DNA of 53,778 bases, filler included, from Stramenopiles sp. TOSAG23-2 (taxonomy: Eukaryota): NCBI GenBank assembly GCA_900128395.1. It is 3 parts of 3 records of this genome, joined end to end, with 100 filler letters (N's around TTAATTAATTAA, not from the genome) between each part and the next. Parts side by side here need not be neighbours in the genome. Positions count along the whole stretch, not along the records: positions 1 to 17,872 come from LT649620.1; positions 17,973 to 35,843 come from LT649621.1; 1 more part is not named here. The stretch is one strand, 5' to 3'. Position numbers and translations under genes: made by a program. The number at the start of each line of letters is the position of its first letter. Position 1 is the stretch's first letter. Positions 10,201 through 20,458 of the stretch are shown one piece after another. The notes under the pieces are model-generated. The model did no database searches and was not told the DNA's origin. It saw nothing but the letters and a program-made list of their open reading frames with translations.

Positions 10201-13200
10201 AGCACAGTATACGTGTAGACGACACGGGAAATGCTGGTGGAGATACAACATAATATAACGACTTGTTAGTGAATTGCATTCTGCATCGATATTCCCGAGA
10301 GCTCATGTTGAAACCGTTGCCTTCAACAACAGTTATCCCACCATTTACGCTTGTGTTTTGAATCAAAGTTTGCGTCCATGTCTCATAAAACGTTAGGTTC
10401 AATAATTTTATCCTAGTTAGCAAAGCATTCGTAGTCTTACACACTTTTTCATCGCAAAACCCTGTTTGCAATGTAACACCGAACCTTGAGACTTGCACCG
10501 TCACTACCTTTGCTTTGTATAGCCATATTGGCGTGAGGCAAGTCATCCTAGTCGTATTGAAAACACTTGCATTAGTCACCTCTTTGTTCCCAACTTCATC
10601 ATAAAAGTGACATTGATACCCACCTTTTTTCCACTTGTTATCAAAATCGACACCCTTAATAGTAATTAATGTTTCAACACCTGCATCTGCTGCTAGTGGA
10701 GCTAATTCTTCGATCCATCCGATTGTTGCTAATATTGTCGAAAATTCACCCGCTAGAGGATGATACAAATGAACCATCATTGCACCGCCAAGCTTGTCTT
10801 GAATAGGCTGTTCTGTTTCTGGGTCAATCATCCTGGTAAGCCCAAAAGAATTTTGTTGGAAAATAATGTTTGTTTGAAAGTACGTTGTGCCTTCTTTTTG
10901 AAGCAAGCAGGTTGCTGACGTATCGAAACAATTACTGTTTAAAACTGTATTTCCTGCTTGATTTGTCGTTGCCATAACATATGGTATCAGTTCCGCTGGG
11001 CAATCAAGACCTTTCATACATAAAATCATCTTTGGTGTATCTGATTCAAAGTAAGTAGGATTAGTGCTCATAACTGTATCTTCACAACAACTGCGATATC
11101 CGGGATAATTATCTTTTTTATTCTTTTCATTACCTGCCCCGCAACAACGTGTTATATCGCTCTCATAGATTAACAAGTCGGTTGCTTTGATTCTTGGTTT
11201 GTATAATAAAAATCCATTGCCTTGAAGTTTTACTTTGATATTTAATATACTATATAAAACTTTCAAATCAATAATTACATGTTCTTTGGTTGGAAATGTT
11301 ATCCCAAATGCTCTAGTAAATTCACCAGTTAAAAAACACGTCGATTTTGCATTACCAGAGAAAATTGGTTGCAATTCAAATGTCGTTGCAAACAATAAAT
11401 CACTTACCCCAGTATCCTTCACAATTAAACTAGTGTGAATGCCATTTACATCCCCAATTACTGGAGGGGGATACTTGTTACTTGTAACTTCCTGTAATGC
11501 AATTTCTTGCCAGTTATGGTCCAGGGCACCAGGGATCAAGTCTATGCCATCAAATCCAGAACAATCATCTCGTGGATCTTCAATCAATATTTCAAACGTC
11601 TTCGGCGTCGTCCATTTCATCCACGCCATATATCCAATGCAAACGGCTTTAAATTTACCATATAACAACTTCAAATGCTGATAGATTACCATTTTTAAAC
11701 ATTTGTATTTTCGTTTGATAGAAAGATCGTTATTTATATCGAATATGTCCTGACAACCTGGATCGCCTCGGTAAAGTTCAGGCAAACCAGTAATACTTTG
11801 CATGCTGCTCTGTGCTAATGTTACTACAATACGATCACCAACACCGTATGATCGTGGTGTGCATCCGTCTTTGGCAACAGCAGACACGATTCTATTTGGT
11901 CCCATGAACGAGCCAGTTGCGTATACTCTTGGGAACAATGGCAATGATTCAATTTGATCAGATGGACAGATGCCTGGCCCAGTAATATTTCCATTGCTAT
12001 CTTTTATTGTTTCACCATACACATTTGAAGTTGCATAGAAATACAAAGTACCAGGTAATGGATTCATATTTCCAGTCGGATCAGTAATTTCAATTCTATA
12101 TCTTGTGTATCGATTCCATGTACCAAAATATGCCGCACCTAAATCAACAGATGGCACAAAATATTTCAAACTCTCCGCTTTTGTCAAATCTTGTTTTCCT
12201 ATCTCATTATCAGTTTTAGCACTTAGATCAATTTCTATTACTATGCCTTTACCCCATGCCATGTCTTCGTTTGTATTTGCAAAAATTGTAACCTTTTCAA
12301 TTTGTGGTATTTTTGAAAACGTACCTGTTAATGCTGGAGTTGCGCCATTTATATAAGTACAAACAGTACTATTAACTATCCTGTAACTTAGACTTTGATT
12401 CCTTATAATCCCTCGAAGGTTTATAAATTCATCGTGGTTGCCAGCAGTTGATGTTGGCCCACCCGTCGCGTCTATGATTTCAATTGTTAAGGCATAATAC
12501 GTTAAACCATCTATAAAATCGGTTTTCCATTTACCTGTATATTTGCTACCGAGGGAAGGAGAAAATTGCATAAATTTGTCAATTTCAGTTTTGTTGACAT
12601 TTACATTTTCTGTCACAAGGTCCAACTCGCCATTTACATTTTCTGTCACATTTTCAATGTCCAACCCGCCTTGAAAAGTAATTACAACTTTAGAACCAGC
12701 TCCATATGAACAATTATGTGCAATAGCTTCAAACCGTATGATATTAGAGGAAGTTCTAAAAGGGATAAAAGGTTTTTTTTGGTTTTCCGTAATTGGCGAG
12801 ATTGCTAAACAGGATTCAAATGTCGCTAAATTATTCATATCGTTATAAGTAGCACTTAATTTTCCAACTACATCAAAATCTTGTCCATCCGTTGCAGTAA
12901 TTTCGATTTGAAATGTAGCATCATCTGTCCATCTACCAGAAAAAATCGTACCGATGTTTCTGTTAAATGTCCATAACGATTTTATTTCCGTCTCATTGAA
13001 AACTAGCTCTTTATTGCTCAAGTAGTCGTACACTGGAGCATTAAAAAGTATCCTAAAATGTGTCATTTCTAGTGGGGGACATTCATCCACCGGATAGTCA
13101 ATTGAGTAATCTATCGAAGAAATATCAAACAACGTTACCACTTTTGTTTCTCGGAGCAATATGTGCAAATTTTGTATCATAATTGTTTTGTATCCAGCAT

Positions 13201-15247
13201 ATGCTAATGGTATATTACCATCGCCGTCAAGCGCTAAATGCTTTGTCAAAGTTTCGAGAACACGTATATTTAACTTATCTAAAAAGCCGCCGTTGTCATT
13301 AAACATTTGCTCATCTAACTCGATAAATTGCGCTACGCTTTGATACCCTGTACGAACCCTGTTTGGTATAATTTTACCCGGGGGAAATTGTTCATTAATA
13401 GACCCACTTGCTTTTAGTGCTATATGTTCCGGTGAATATACAAAAAATGGCTCTGACGCAGTGCCATAATTCTCATATATGGCAAAGTGTTTCTCGGAAG
13501 AAAGATCCTCTGGATCTTTATTACTAATTATATCTATGTCGCCATCCCGATCAATGTCAATGAAAGTAGGAGTTCTCATGAAGGTATGATTAAACTTGAA
13601 AAACATGTTACTATCTTTTTTAATTTCTTTTATACCTTTTGTAGATGGTGTATATTGGAAATATCGCAACCAATTATTAGAATGAGCGACTAAAATATGT
13701 AGTATTTTTGTTTCACTTGGTTGTTGATATAAGTCCGTTATTGTTATATGTGGATTTGGATATATTGTATCTGCAACTGTGCTTCGTAGTAAATCCGGAT
13801 TTGTATAACCATTGTAAAACTCCAGTTCGCCATTTGGTTTTCCTAAGACAATCAAAAACGAATCTTCAAAATCCTGCTCGGTTCTATTTACACCGGCAAT
13901 GGATCCAATACCTACGGTGCAATTAATACAGTCGCTTTCAGCCTTCCAAATGCCTTTGTTTTGAAATCGATTTTGATCTTCATCAAATTCAAAACGATAT
14001 ATATCATTACCTATGTTCAACAATGCAAAATCATCAATTTCATCACCATTTCTATCGCCAAAAGCAACACTTTGAAAGGAATCTGAAACACCTAAATAGC
14101 CTAAAGGGCTGTTGCCGGCATAAATTTCGTTCCATTCTCCAATACCTGATACAGAAAAATAACCTAATGGGGATTTATGAAATGGCATATTTACTAATAA
14201 ATCTTGCTTCACATATTGTTTTAATATGATGGAAGATGAATGAGTCAAACGCTTTTCTTTTAATGTTTGAAATTGGAACAACGTATTGATACTGTTTGTT
14301 AAGTTGAGGGAGATATTTGCATAATATTTTACGGGGCGACTTAAAACTAGGTTTAACATAATATCCTTTCTATTGCATGAAAAATTTGAGGACGAACTGT
14401 AATAATTATTAGTAGCTTTTGATAAAAATGCAGCCTGTATATGAAATTTACCAAAACGACCTTCTCTATTTAATATTTTGTATGTACTGGATGTTGATTG
14501 GACTGGAGTTGGCAACGTTGTCAAATTTAAACGGCATTTTGAACCTGCTGGAGTATTTTCATCACCGCAATCTATTGTATTTGTTTCAACGCTACTCGTA
14601 TTTGATGTTGGATTGTGTAGGTATAGATTTCCAGAAACGGCATCAGACAAATTACCATTAATACGAAAATGTAAGTTTGGAGGACCGCTTTTAAATAGAC
14701 TTTTTGATGCACCCGTCACATCTTTGATAGTAATAATTAAAGTTTTAGTATCGTTCCATACTCCATCATATGCAAGCCCAAGGTTAACCCTTTCCATTCT
14801 GTCTGGGATAGATGTTTCTGATGTAGCTTGAAACCAGTCGTCTATTTGATATTTAGTGACATTCCACGGTACCCCATGCTCTATGAGTTGATGAGCACTA
14901 CTTTTCAAGCGTATGACAATAGTATCATTTATTCCATATGTAGTATCGTCACCTACAGACGAAAAACGTATAGATTCTATCGCTACTGGAAAATACGTAA
15001 GCACATCACAGCAAGTACTAAATTCATCTCTCCAAATTTGCTGTGTATGGCGTTTCCACAAAGGCTTTTGTTGACCTAGAAAAGATGGGATACCCGTGCC
15101 AGCCATACAACTCCATTTATTGTAGGTTTGACCTCTGACAAATTCGCTTCCAGCTTTAACACGTTCCGTATGAAAAATGATGAGACTAAAAAGTATTACT
15201 ATAAATAAATAAGAGCACAATGGATTGAAACTAATTATGAAACCCAT
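7253..15247 (-). CDS. Giant (2664 aa) type I cell-surface protein: signal peptide, FG-GAP/VCBS-like, IPT/TIG-like and RCC1/BLIP-II-like propeller domains, C-terminal TM helix and acidic tail
   Basis: N-terminal hydrophobic signal. FGDRNGDEIDD and FIDIDRDGDIDI Ca-loop motifs. IPT-like ITIKGVDF...YQCHF...MTCLTP (twice). About seven SAGxxHTC...CWG repeats. TM FFTLMILIMTSLASFSW. Confidence 0.8.
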   Translation of the reverse strand: MGFIISFNPLCSYLFIVILFSLIIFHTERVKAGSEFVRGQTYNKWSCMAGTGIPSFLGQQKPLWKRHTQQIWRDEFSTCCDVLTYFPVAIESIRFSSVGDDTTYGINDTIVIRLKSSAHQLIEHGVPWNVTKYQIDDWFQATSETSIPDRMERVNLGLAYDGVWNDTKTLIITIKDVTGASKSLFKSGPPNLHFRINGNLSDAVSGNLYLHNPTSNTSSVETNTIDCGDENTPAGSKCRLNLTTLPTPVQSTSSTYKILNREGRFGKFHIQAAFLSKATNNYYSSSSNFSCNRKDIMLNLVLSRPVKYYANISLNLTNSINTLFQFQTLKEKRLTHSSSIILKQYVKQDLLVNMPFHKSPLGYFSVSGIGEWNEIYAGNSPLGYLGVSDSFQSVAFGDRNGDEIDDFALLNIGNDIYRFEFDEDQNRFQNKGIWKAESDCINCTVGIGSIAGVNRTEQDFEDSFLIVLGKPNGELEFYNGYTNPDLLRSTVADTIYPNPHITITDLYQQPSETKILHILVAHSNNWLRYFQYTPSTKGIKEIKKDSNMFFKFNHTFMRTPTFIDIDRDGDIDIISNKDPEDLSSEKHFAIYENYGTASEPFFVYSPEHIALKASGSINEQFPPGKIIPNRVRTGYQSVAQFIELDEQMFNDNGGFLDKLNIRVLETLTKHLALDGDGNIPLAYAGYKTIMIQNLHILLRETKVVTLFDISSIDYSIDYPVDECPPLEMTHFRILFNAPVYDYLSNKELVFNETEIKSLWTFNRNIGTIFSGRWTDDATFQIEITATDGQDFDVVGKLSATYNDMNNLATFESCLAISPITENQKKPFIPFRTSSNIIRFEAIAHNCSYGAGSKVVITFQGGLDIENVTENVNGELDLVTENVNVNKTEIDKFMQFSPSLGSKYTGKWKTDFIDGLTYYALTIEIIDATGGPTSTAGNHDEFINLRGIIRNQSLSYRIVNSTVCTYINGATPALTGTFSKIPQIEKVTIFANTNEDMAWGKGIVIEIDLSAKTDNEIGKQDLTKAESLKYFVPSVDLGAAYFGTWNRYTRYRIEITDPTGNMNPLPGTLYFYATSNVYGETIKDSNGNITGPGICPSDQIESLPLFPRVYATGSFMGPNRIVSAVAKDGCTPRSYGVGDRIVVTLAQSSMQSITGLPELYRGDPGCQDIFDINNDLSIKRKYKCLKMVIYQHLKLLYGKFKAVCIGYMAWMKWTTPKTFEILIEDPRDDCSGFDGIDLIPGALDHNWQEIALQEVTSNKYPPPVIGDVNGIHTSLIVKDTGVSDLLFATTFELQPIFSGNAKSTCFLTGEFTRAFGITFPTKEHVIIDLKVLYSILNIKVKLQGNGFLLYKPRIKATDLLIYESDITRCCGAGNEKNKKDNYPGYRSCCEDTVMSTNPTYFESDTPKMILCMKGLDCPAELIPYVMATTNQAGNTVLNSNCFDTSATCLLQKEGTTYFQTNIIFQQNSFGLTRMIDPETEQPIQDKLGGAMMVHLYHPLAGEFSTILATIGWIEELAPLAADAGVETLITIKGVDFDNKWKKGGYQCHFYDEVGNKEVTNASVFNTTRMTCLTPIWLYKAKVVTVQVSRFGVTLQTGFCDEKVCKTTNALLTRIKLLNLTFYETWTQTLIQNTSVNGGITVVEGNGFNMSSREYRCRMQFTNKSLYYVVSPPAFPVSSTRILCLMPKWPFHIVQSTLMLYQHGKPVLRRDSSYQQKHSIFGSCKQENDMAVAFVFSFAVTINGFVPNTLMVKLKIENDYGDTIYVNNTVGTDANYLSKLLKSLIRESDIDRDNLAVSITYNVTDLPEGITYTWWATFSTSAPILIIPNFKVYKHSLLNYDGSKLQIVSEKYDYKIQQFIFNGIHWPTACIACDPSLYSGWDYTCARSADSRIKCWGDNMQRQLYPEYDPVVLPDQKSWINYKDISWKNFRLGYSHTCGVQDVTGLAVCYGLAYPGLQIKIEAPSDLRFSSISPGAYHTCAVTVEGKLSCWGEQLLSKATPPNSVCHRKESGMMSANAKFVDSKLLACTEKPDIKESPYIHTASSVSHNCAIESDDNSLLCWGDNSGMQLGASNCNGTMLDETERTCAVTIGPFADVALGIQHTCGLFMDGTIDCWGIGMQNSPTPANVKFRSVTSGHRHACGIANDESRVYCWGANIKGQSNAPEDTGYVEVSAGSQHTCALKVFNDKKIHANKVEKVVCWGNYNNRKLKIGKPTFAGYDGEHDPGYVTQINDETTSIGATYASMCFPKTPKEACTFNTQIQQPVHRRCYQVLGCGNTFSQVLPHIEYIDKWKKMKEVQTIKLINAIGGTFTVAFGNETTVDLSFNDTAKNVESALQQFTNIGKAGVNVVCARGSASFEEECTKSEWRVEFNHYGQRKGILYVNDTDLKNSDTANGGVCYKTGNGTIQQSGSNRLSCDSNSAEFGRDHSKFLNSIYYNNFAADTKLNGILYCITFTHEEALTGIRGYIRTVALGSSAPMQYAGDKRWNMEWNSTIHLHTTNSSFFNTRLTLQTTLQKYFQNSKIRVLARNDTFCIDLRASDAVVYFGNRDALEIKTVHANCTSNVENVEESKISLTEYRKRLLLRQTENRQYFSNASFFTLMILIMTSLASFSWSETILLETNKDNLDKNTLISASTNKKKEDSDEDGDTTSSDEFYYSSDSSDG

Positions 15248-15480
15248 CTTATCTGCATAGATTACGGTTGTGTATGTGTCTTACTTCTTGGAGGGGGATT
15301 TTAGTTATTTCTCATGATACTGATATTATAACGTTTGTTTTCAATTAAAATGTTCGAAGTATATTAGTTTATTGTTGTAATATATATTAATTATAATATT
15401 ACTATTATATATATATAATAAATACAGTAATAATAACGTTGCAATCCAGGCAACACTGAATGCCAGGAATGTTAATGTGA

Positions 15481-15554
15481 GAAGGCCAGAAGGCCTGGAA
15501 CCTGGAAGGCCAGAAGGCTGGAAGGCCAGAAGGCCAGAAGAAGGCACAGGAAGG
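15481..15554. repeat. Degenerate GC-rich tandem repeat (GAAGGCCA/GAAGGCCTG units)
   Basis: gaaggccagaaggcctggaacctggaaggccagaaggctggaaggccagaaggccagaagaaggcacaggaagg, set in otherwise AT-rich intergenic DNA. Confidence 0.8.
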
Positions 15555-15857
15555 TACTCTGGAAACCAGAGATTTTCCTTGCCAGTATTACTATTTTAAT
15601 ACCCTGACCGCTCCTAGTATATTGTCTATTATATTAATATTGCCCCCTGTGTCCCTGTGTGTTTTGTAAAAATATTGCCTATTATAATGAAATTAATAAG
15701 AATACTATTTTTAATATTAGGTATCATAATAAAACTTTTAAAACATCGACGGCGCACCGCCACCTATAAAACCTAAACCTCGAAGCTAGCCAGGAACATC
15801 AATTATAGCAACAAATCAATACATCCTCGTCTCTTCTTCTTCTCTCTTTCTTCTCCC

Positions 15858-17872
15858 TCAATCGTCATATCTTCCACTTGAAAACGATTGCTTCTTAACT
15901 TGTTCATCTGTTAAATATTCGTCATTTTTTTCTATGCTGATTCGAACATTAATTAAATGGTGTTTACCATTTGCTTTATTTGCCATCGGTTCCATCCACA
16001 TTTTAAAGCCATTTTTTTTATTCCATTTTTCTTTTATATCGATCCATTTTGCTTCAAAAAGCATATCAGGCCTTTGTCGACGCATGTGTGGAATAAAAAC
16101 ATCAAGGAATTTCATAGCACTACTATATCTTATTTTCCCAATAGAAAGGCCACCAGCACTTTTTAAAATATTTCTTATATCTTCAACTGGTTTATGATCT
16201 AAAATATGACCCCATAGATTATAAACAAAACGTCGATTTGCTTCATTGCCTTTTAATATTTCTACTTGTATTAATCTTGACATTTCTGGAGTGCCTAACG
16301 GTCCCCAATCGATAGATTTTTTAACAACTTTTTTAGTCGATGGCACTAAATTAATAGATGATATGGCACTTTTGACGGAGTTTATTAAATTTTCACTTTG
16401 CTCCGTAGCGCTTTTTATAAGAAAATCACTATGTTCTGTTAACGATTTGCGTTTTTTCACTGTTGATGGAGAAGAATTGGCAGTTTTCGTGGTTTCTTTG
16501 TCATCTTCTTTTTGAAATATTTCGTTTCCAAAAATTGGAGTATTACGCCGTCTATCACCAATAGAATTTGATGCTTTAACATTTCGTATAGGTGACTTGG
16601 TATTATCATTATCTACAGTTTTCATTTGTTTAGAAGGGTCCTCTTGACGCAGTTCTTTTCCTATTTCGTTTTGTTCTTGTTCTATTGATTTTGCAAATGG
16701 ATTTGTTTTTGATAATCGCCTTGTAACTGGTGTTTTTTTCGCATTTGTTGATGGTGGATCATTGTCACTATTATTATTGTTTTCGACTTGATTTCCTACT
16801 ATTACTTTATTGTCATTATTATTTACATCAGTTTCAATATTTACTTCCTCCTTCCCATTGTTCTTTGAATTATCAGTTACTATCTCATTCGGCATTGTAG
16901 TAGGAGATGGACTGTTCCTTGACAACCCCTTTGCTTCTTCCTTATTGTAATCAGGATTATCAACTACGTGATTTAAATCATCATTTTCCATAATGCTATT
17001 TCTACGTTCCGTATTTGTTTCCGCTTTGCGATATTTTTCAATAGCTTTAATTAAAATCCTTTTTTGATTTGTAACTTTTGTCAAACGTTCAGCCATTGTA
17101 CCAAGCTTGGACATAGTATCGTCGTGCTTGTGTTTCCATTTGCTTGCTGTATTTTTCGCAGCTATTAATTCCGCTTCTGCTTGCAAACGCAATGTACGCT
17201 CATATGCCATCGTTTCACGTAATATTTGCGGTTCATTTTCGATCTTTTTGACCATCTCTTCTAGTGATTTAACTTTTGCCTTTAAATCACTTTCGTTTTG
17301 ATTCCCATCTTCAATAGATTGAACAAGTTTCTCTGTTAATTCTTTGATTTGATTTTTATGCAATTCAGTTTCCTCTAAACATATTTCATGTAACCTTTCC
17401 GCTTCCTCCGCACGCATCTCTGCTGCCAACATTTTTTCTGTCGCATTATCACTCTCCTCGCATAAAATGACATTAGCAGATTCTAATCGTACAACTTCTG
17501 TTTGTCTCTGCCTTGCCAGATCCATTGCTTCATCCAGTTCACTGACCAATTCACTATTACGTTGCAATAATCTTTCGATTTCAATATCCGCAGCTCTGTA
17601 TTTGTTCTCATATTCTAATACCTTTTGCTTCCATGCTTCTAATTCTCTTGCATTCTTTGTTTCCTTTGCTGTGAATGTTGTAATTTTCGATTTACCAAAA
17701 CCTTTCACCATGCCAATTTGTACAATTTTATTATCATCAGAGCCATCTAATTCATTACCATCTCCATTATCATTGGTATCATTATCATCAACAACATTTA
17801 TTATATTAAGCATTTTTCCTGGTGCCAATGAATTCCGTTTTCTGGTTGCACGACGACGGCGCACGCTACTAC
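15858..17872 (-). CDS. Coiled-coil protein of unknown function, probably 5'-truncated at the contig end
   Basis: Frame is open up to the gap; first ATG is at 17813. Long E/K/L-rich heptad region, disordered middle and a compact C-terminal domain. Confidence 0.7.
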
Positions 17873-17972
17873 NNNNNNNNNNNNNNNNNNNNNNNNNNNN
17901 NNNNNNNNNNNNNNNNTTAATTAATTAANNNNNNNNNNNNNNNNNNNNNNNNNNNNNNNNNNNNNNNNNNNN
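17873..17972. other. Artificial contig linker (44 N + TTAATTAATTAA + 44 N)
   Basis: Six-frame stop linker at 17917-17928; total length exactly 100 nt. Confidence 0.98.
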
Positions 17973-18444
17973 AATCAAGCATTACTTCTGGCAATGCAAT
18001 ATTCTTCGCTTGTTCATGGTATGCAGACATAATAGCTTCTTTTAAATCATAATGTTGTTGTAAACCATATGTTTCCGCCCACATAATTAATTGTGAACAA
18101 TTTATAGTGGTTCCAATATCACCTTCATATTTAAATGCAATATTAACATCATCTTCCAAACCAATATCAGTAATACGTTTAACCATTGCATTAAAACGCC
18201 CAACATCACCTTTAAACATTTTGATGTAACTTTCACGTTTATCAACATATTTCGTCGGTTCCCTTGCTAAATTTGGACGCAATAACCATGGACGATATCG
18301 TGTTATTACCGGAACATCACCAATATCAATCTGCGATATTGCAGATTCCAATCGACGTTTACCGATAAAGCACCAGGGTCAAGACGCGTCAGAGACAACA
18401 TCCACTATTATATATTCTTTTGGTTGTGTGTTGTTATTTGACAT
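17973..18444 (-). CDS. DsbA/FrnE-like thioredoxin-fold oxidoreductase, probable selenoprotein (UPWC), 3'-truncated
   Basis: ATG at 18444 gives MSNNNTQPKEYIIVDVVSDAS-TGA(18381-18379)-PWCFIGKRRLESAI, in frame with ORF 17917..18351. This matches the FrnE consensus D-V-x-S-D-x-x-C-P-W-C-[FY]-I-G-K-R-R-L. YRPWLLRP, GTTINCSQLIMWA and AYHEQAKNI follow. Confidence 0.88.
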
Positions 18445-18687
18445 GTTGTATAGTATTATATCGCACCGTCTGCCTAATTAATTCTGCCTAAATTGTGAAA
18501 AGAAGAGAAGAGAGTAAAAACTAGAGAGTCCAATATATAATATTACGAATATATATTTTTTTTTAAAACTTTTTTTTTACTTTTACTTTGGGGGTAACTT
18601 GCGCTATTATATTAATTGACTGGAATTTTACTGATGATATGAGGGTAAATAGTAAATTTCATACCAGATATATTTTATCTACTAACT

Positions 18688-19626
18688 TTATGAAGATCGA
18701 TTCTTTTTTTTTTTCCATCCACCATCAGCAGCTCCAGGATCATGTTTGAATTTTCGCTTTGTTGCATTACTGTTTGAAGATGCTGTGCCGCTACTACTAC
18801 TGCTACTACTTCCTCCACTTTTTTGTGACCTTGCATTTAAATGTTGTGCTTCAAAATATTGATCAATGATTTTTTTATCTTGCAAAAAACCAGCTGCACG
18901 ATAACGATATGTAATCGATCCAACTTTTCTAATGCGTTTGCTAGTTTGATAAGTGCCAGTCCCTTGATTAACTTCAACACCATCCTGTACATATATATGT
19001 TAGTTATTTCTACTATAAAGAATAGATGAATATATTAATAAATAACTTACACCAAATCTTGTACTAACTTTGTTGACACCATTTAACTTGTCGTCCATAG
19101 GTACTATTGTTCTTTCAGGTACATTACTTGCAGATGCTTGTGAAGCTCCACGTTGTTTGATTTCCATATTAAGAGAATTTTCCCATACGTCAAATTTAAA
19201 TGTTGACAGGTTACGAATGATTCTTTCTGCTTCTGCATCTGAAAATTTTGAACTAGATCCAGATTTACTCTCTTCGCCTGGATCCATCATTGCTAAATCG
19301 AATTCAAAAGGATATTTTTTATTACCATTATATTTTCCGTCCCAGGTCCATGTATGGTTAATTTTCAACGGAGTGGTACTAATCATTGCTTTATCATCAA
19401 TATAAAATATACAACTATACTTCTTATTTGGATCTGCAAAACGATTCAATTTAACGCGTATAGAATATGGGCTAAAACGCATGTAACAAAGAACAGGCAT
19501 GTAGTTCCATTGCTCACGAGTCCTTCTTGCACTTTCAACTCCGGCAGTTCCAACTACTTTTTTTAATGTTTCATTTTCACATACAATCTCAAGGTCGATA
19601 GGTAAGTTATAATTTGTTTGCAACAT
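18688..19626 (-). CDS. Hypothetical protein (~290 aa) in two exons, 19626-19051 and 18984-18688; tentatively DUF7918-like
   Basis: A phase-0 intron joins ORF 19000..19626 to the frame of ORF 18688..18885 (STRFG|DGVEVNQG...ITYRYRAAGFLQDKKII). C-terminal basic NLS-like tail. The family resemblance is from memory and unverified. Confidence 0.75.
18985..19050 (-). other. Spliceosomal intron (66 nt)
   Basis: Minus strand reads GTAAGTT...AACTAAC (branch point)...GTACAG and contains the in-frame stop of the upstream ORF. Confidence 0.88.
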
Positions 19627-20458
19627 CTTGTTTCTGTTTTATTATATATCAAATTTTGGGAAGAAAGCAGGAAGGAATTAAAAAATAAAAAATGTTATTA
19701 TCTCGGTATATACGCTTTGTTTGTACGTTTTGTTCACTGGCTAGTTCGTATCATAGAAGTGATATAAAAATAATAATGTTCTTTTTCTTTTCTATCTATA
19801 TGTATTATGTTTTTGAATTTGTTTTTTTGATATAATTATAATTTAAATTATGTGTGTGAAATCAGAGGAGAACGAAAAGGAGGTAGTTTTCACGTTTTCA
19901 TGACCATTTTACCACTACATAGTATTGATTATGAATATATAATAAATGAAATATCCGATTAAATGAAATATAAGTTGAAATAAGTGGAGAGGTGTGGAGG
20001 TCGAATAAGATAATAAATGTGTTGTAAAAAGGGTAGTCGAAAAATAAAATGCAATGATAAATAGGGTTATGTTATGAAATACTAATCAGCATTCTCTATT
20101 AATCTAATTAAGAATCTCAACCAACATACTACAAATGTAATAAGATATATGTGTATATTTTTATCATTATGAATTCCATTGATGTAGATATTATTTTGGT
20201 AAATTTCAACAATATTCGACAAGGAGGAATCTCTCAAGACGACAAATGTATTTTTCTGTATTTCCCTTAATATAAGTATAAACCCTTAATATATGTATAT
20301 ATTTTTTTTTATTTTTTTGATTATATATTCAGATATATATCCAGATATATATATATAGTGCTATACAGAAGGAAAAAGATTTTTTTTATAACTAACTTTT
20401 GAAACATATATTTTTGTATTATAATAATAATATTTAAACAACTCACCATTCAGTTGCA

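Noticed and set aside
8160-15079. Many short + strand ORFs within the giant gene, and similar shadow ORFs in the SLC12, HECT and CSPP1-like genes
   Set aside because: They are antisense shadows of real CDSs with no independent signatures.
15341-15547. 68-aa ORF MPSSGLLAFQPSG...
   Set aside because: It is a translation of the GAAGGCCA tandem repeat and its AT-rich flank, starting from a non-ATG codon.
17917-17928. Palindromic TTAATTAATTAA between N runs (also 35888-35899)
   Set aside because: It is an artificial six-frame stop linker, not biology.
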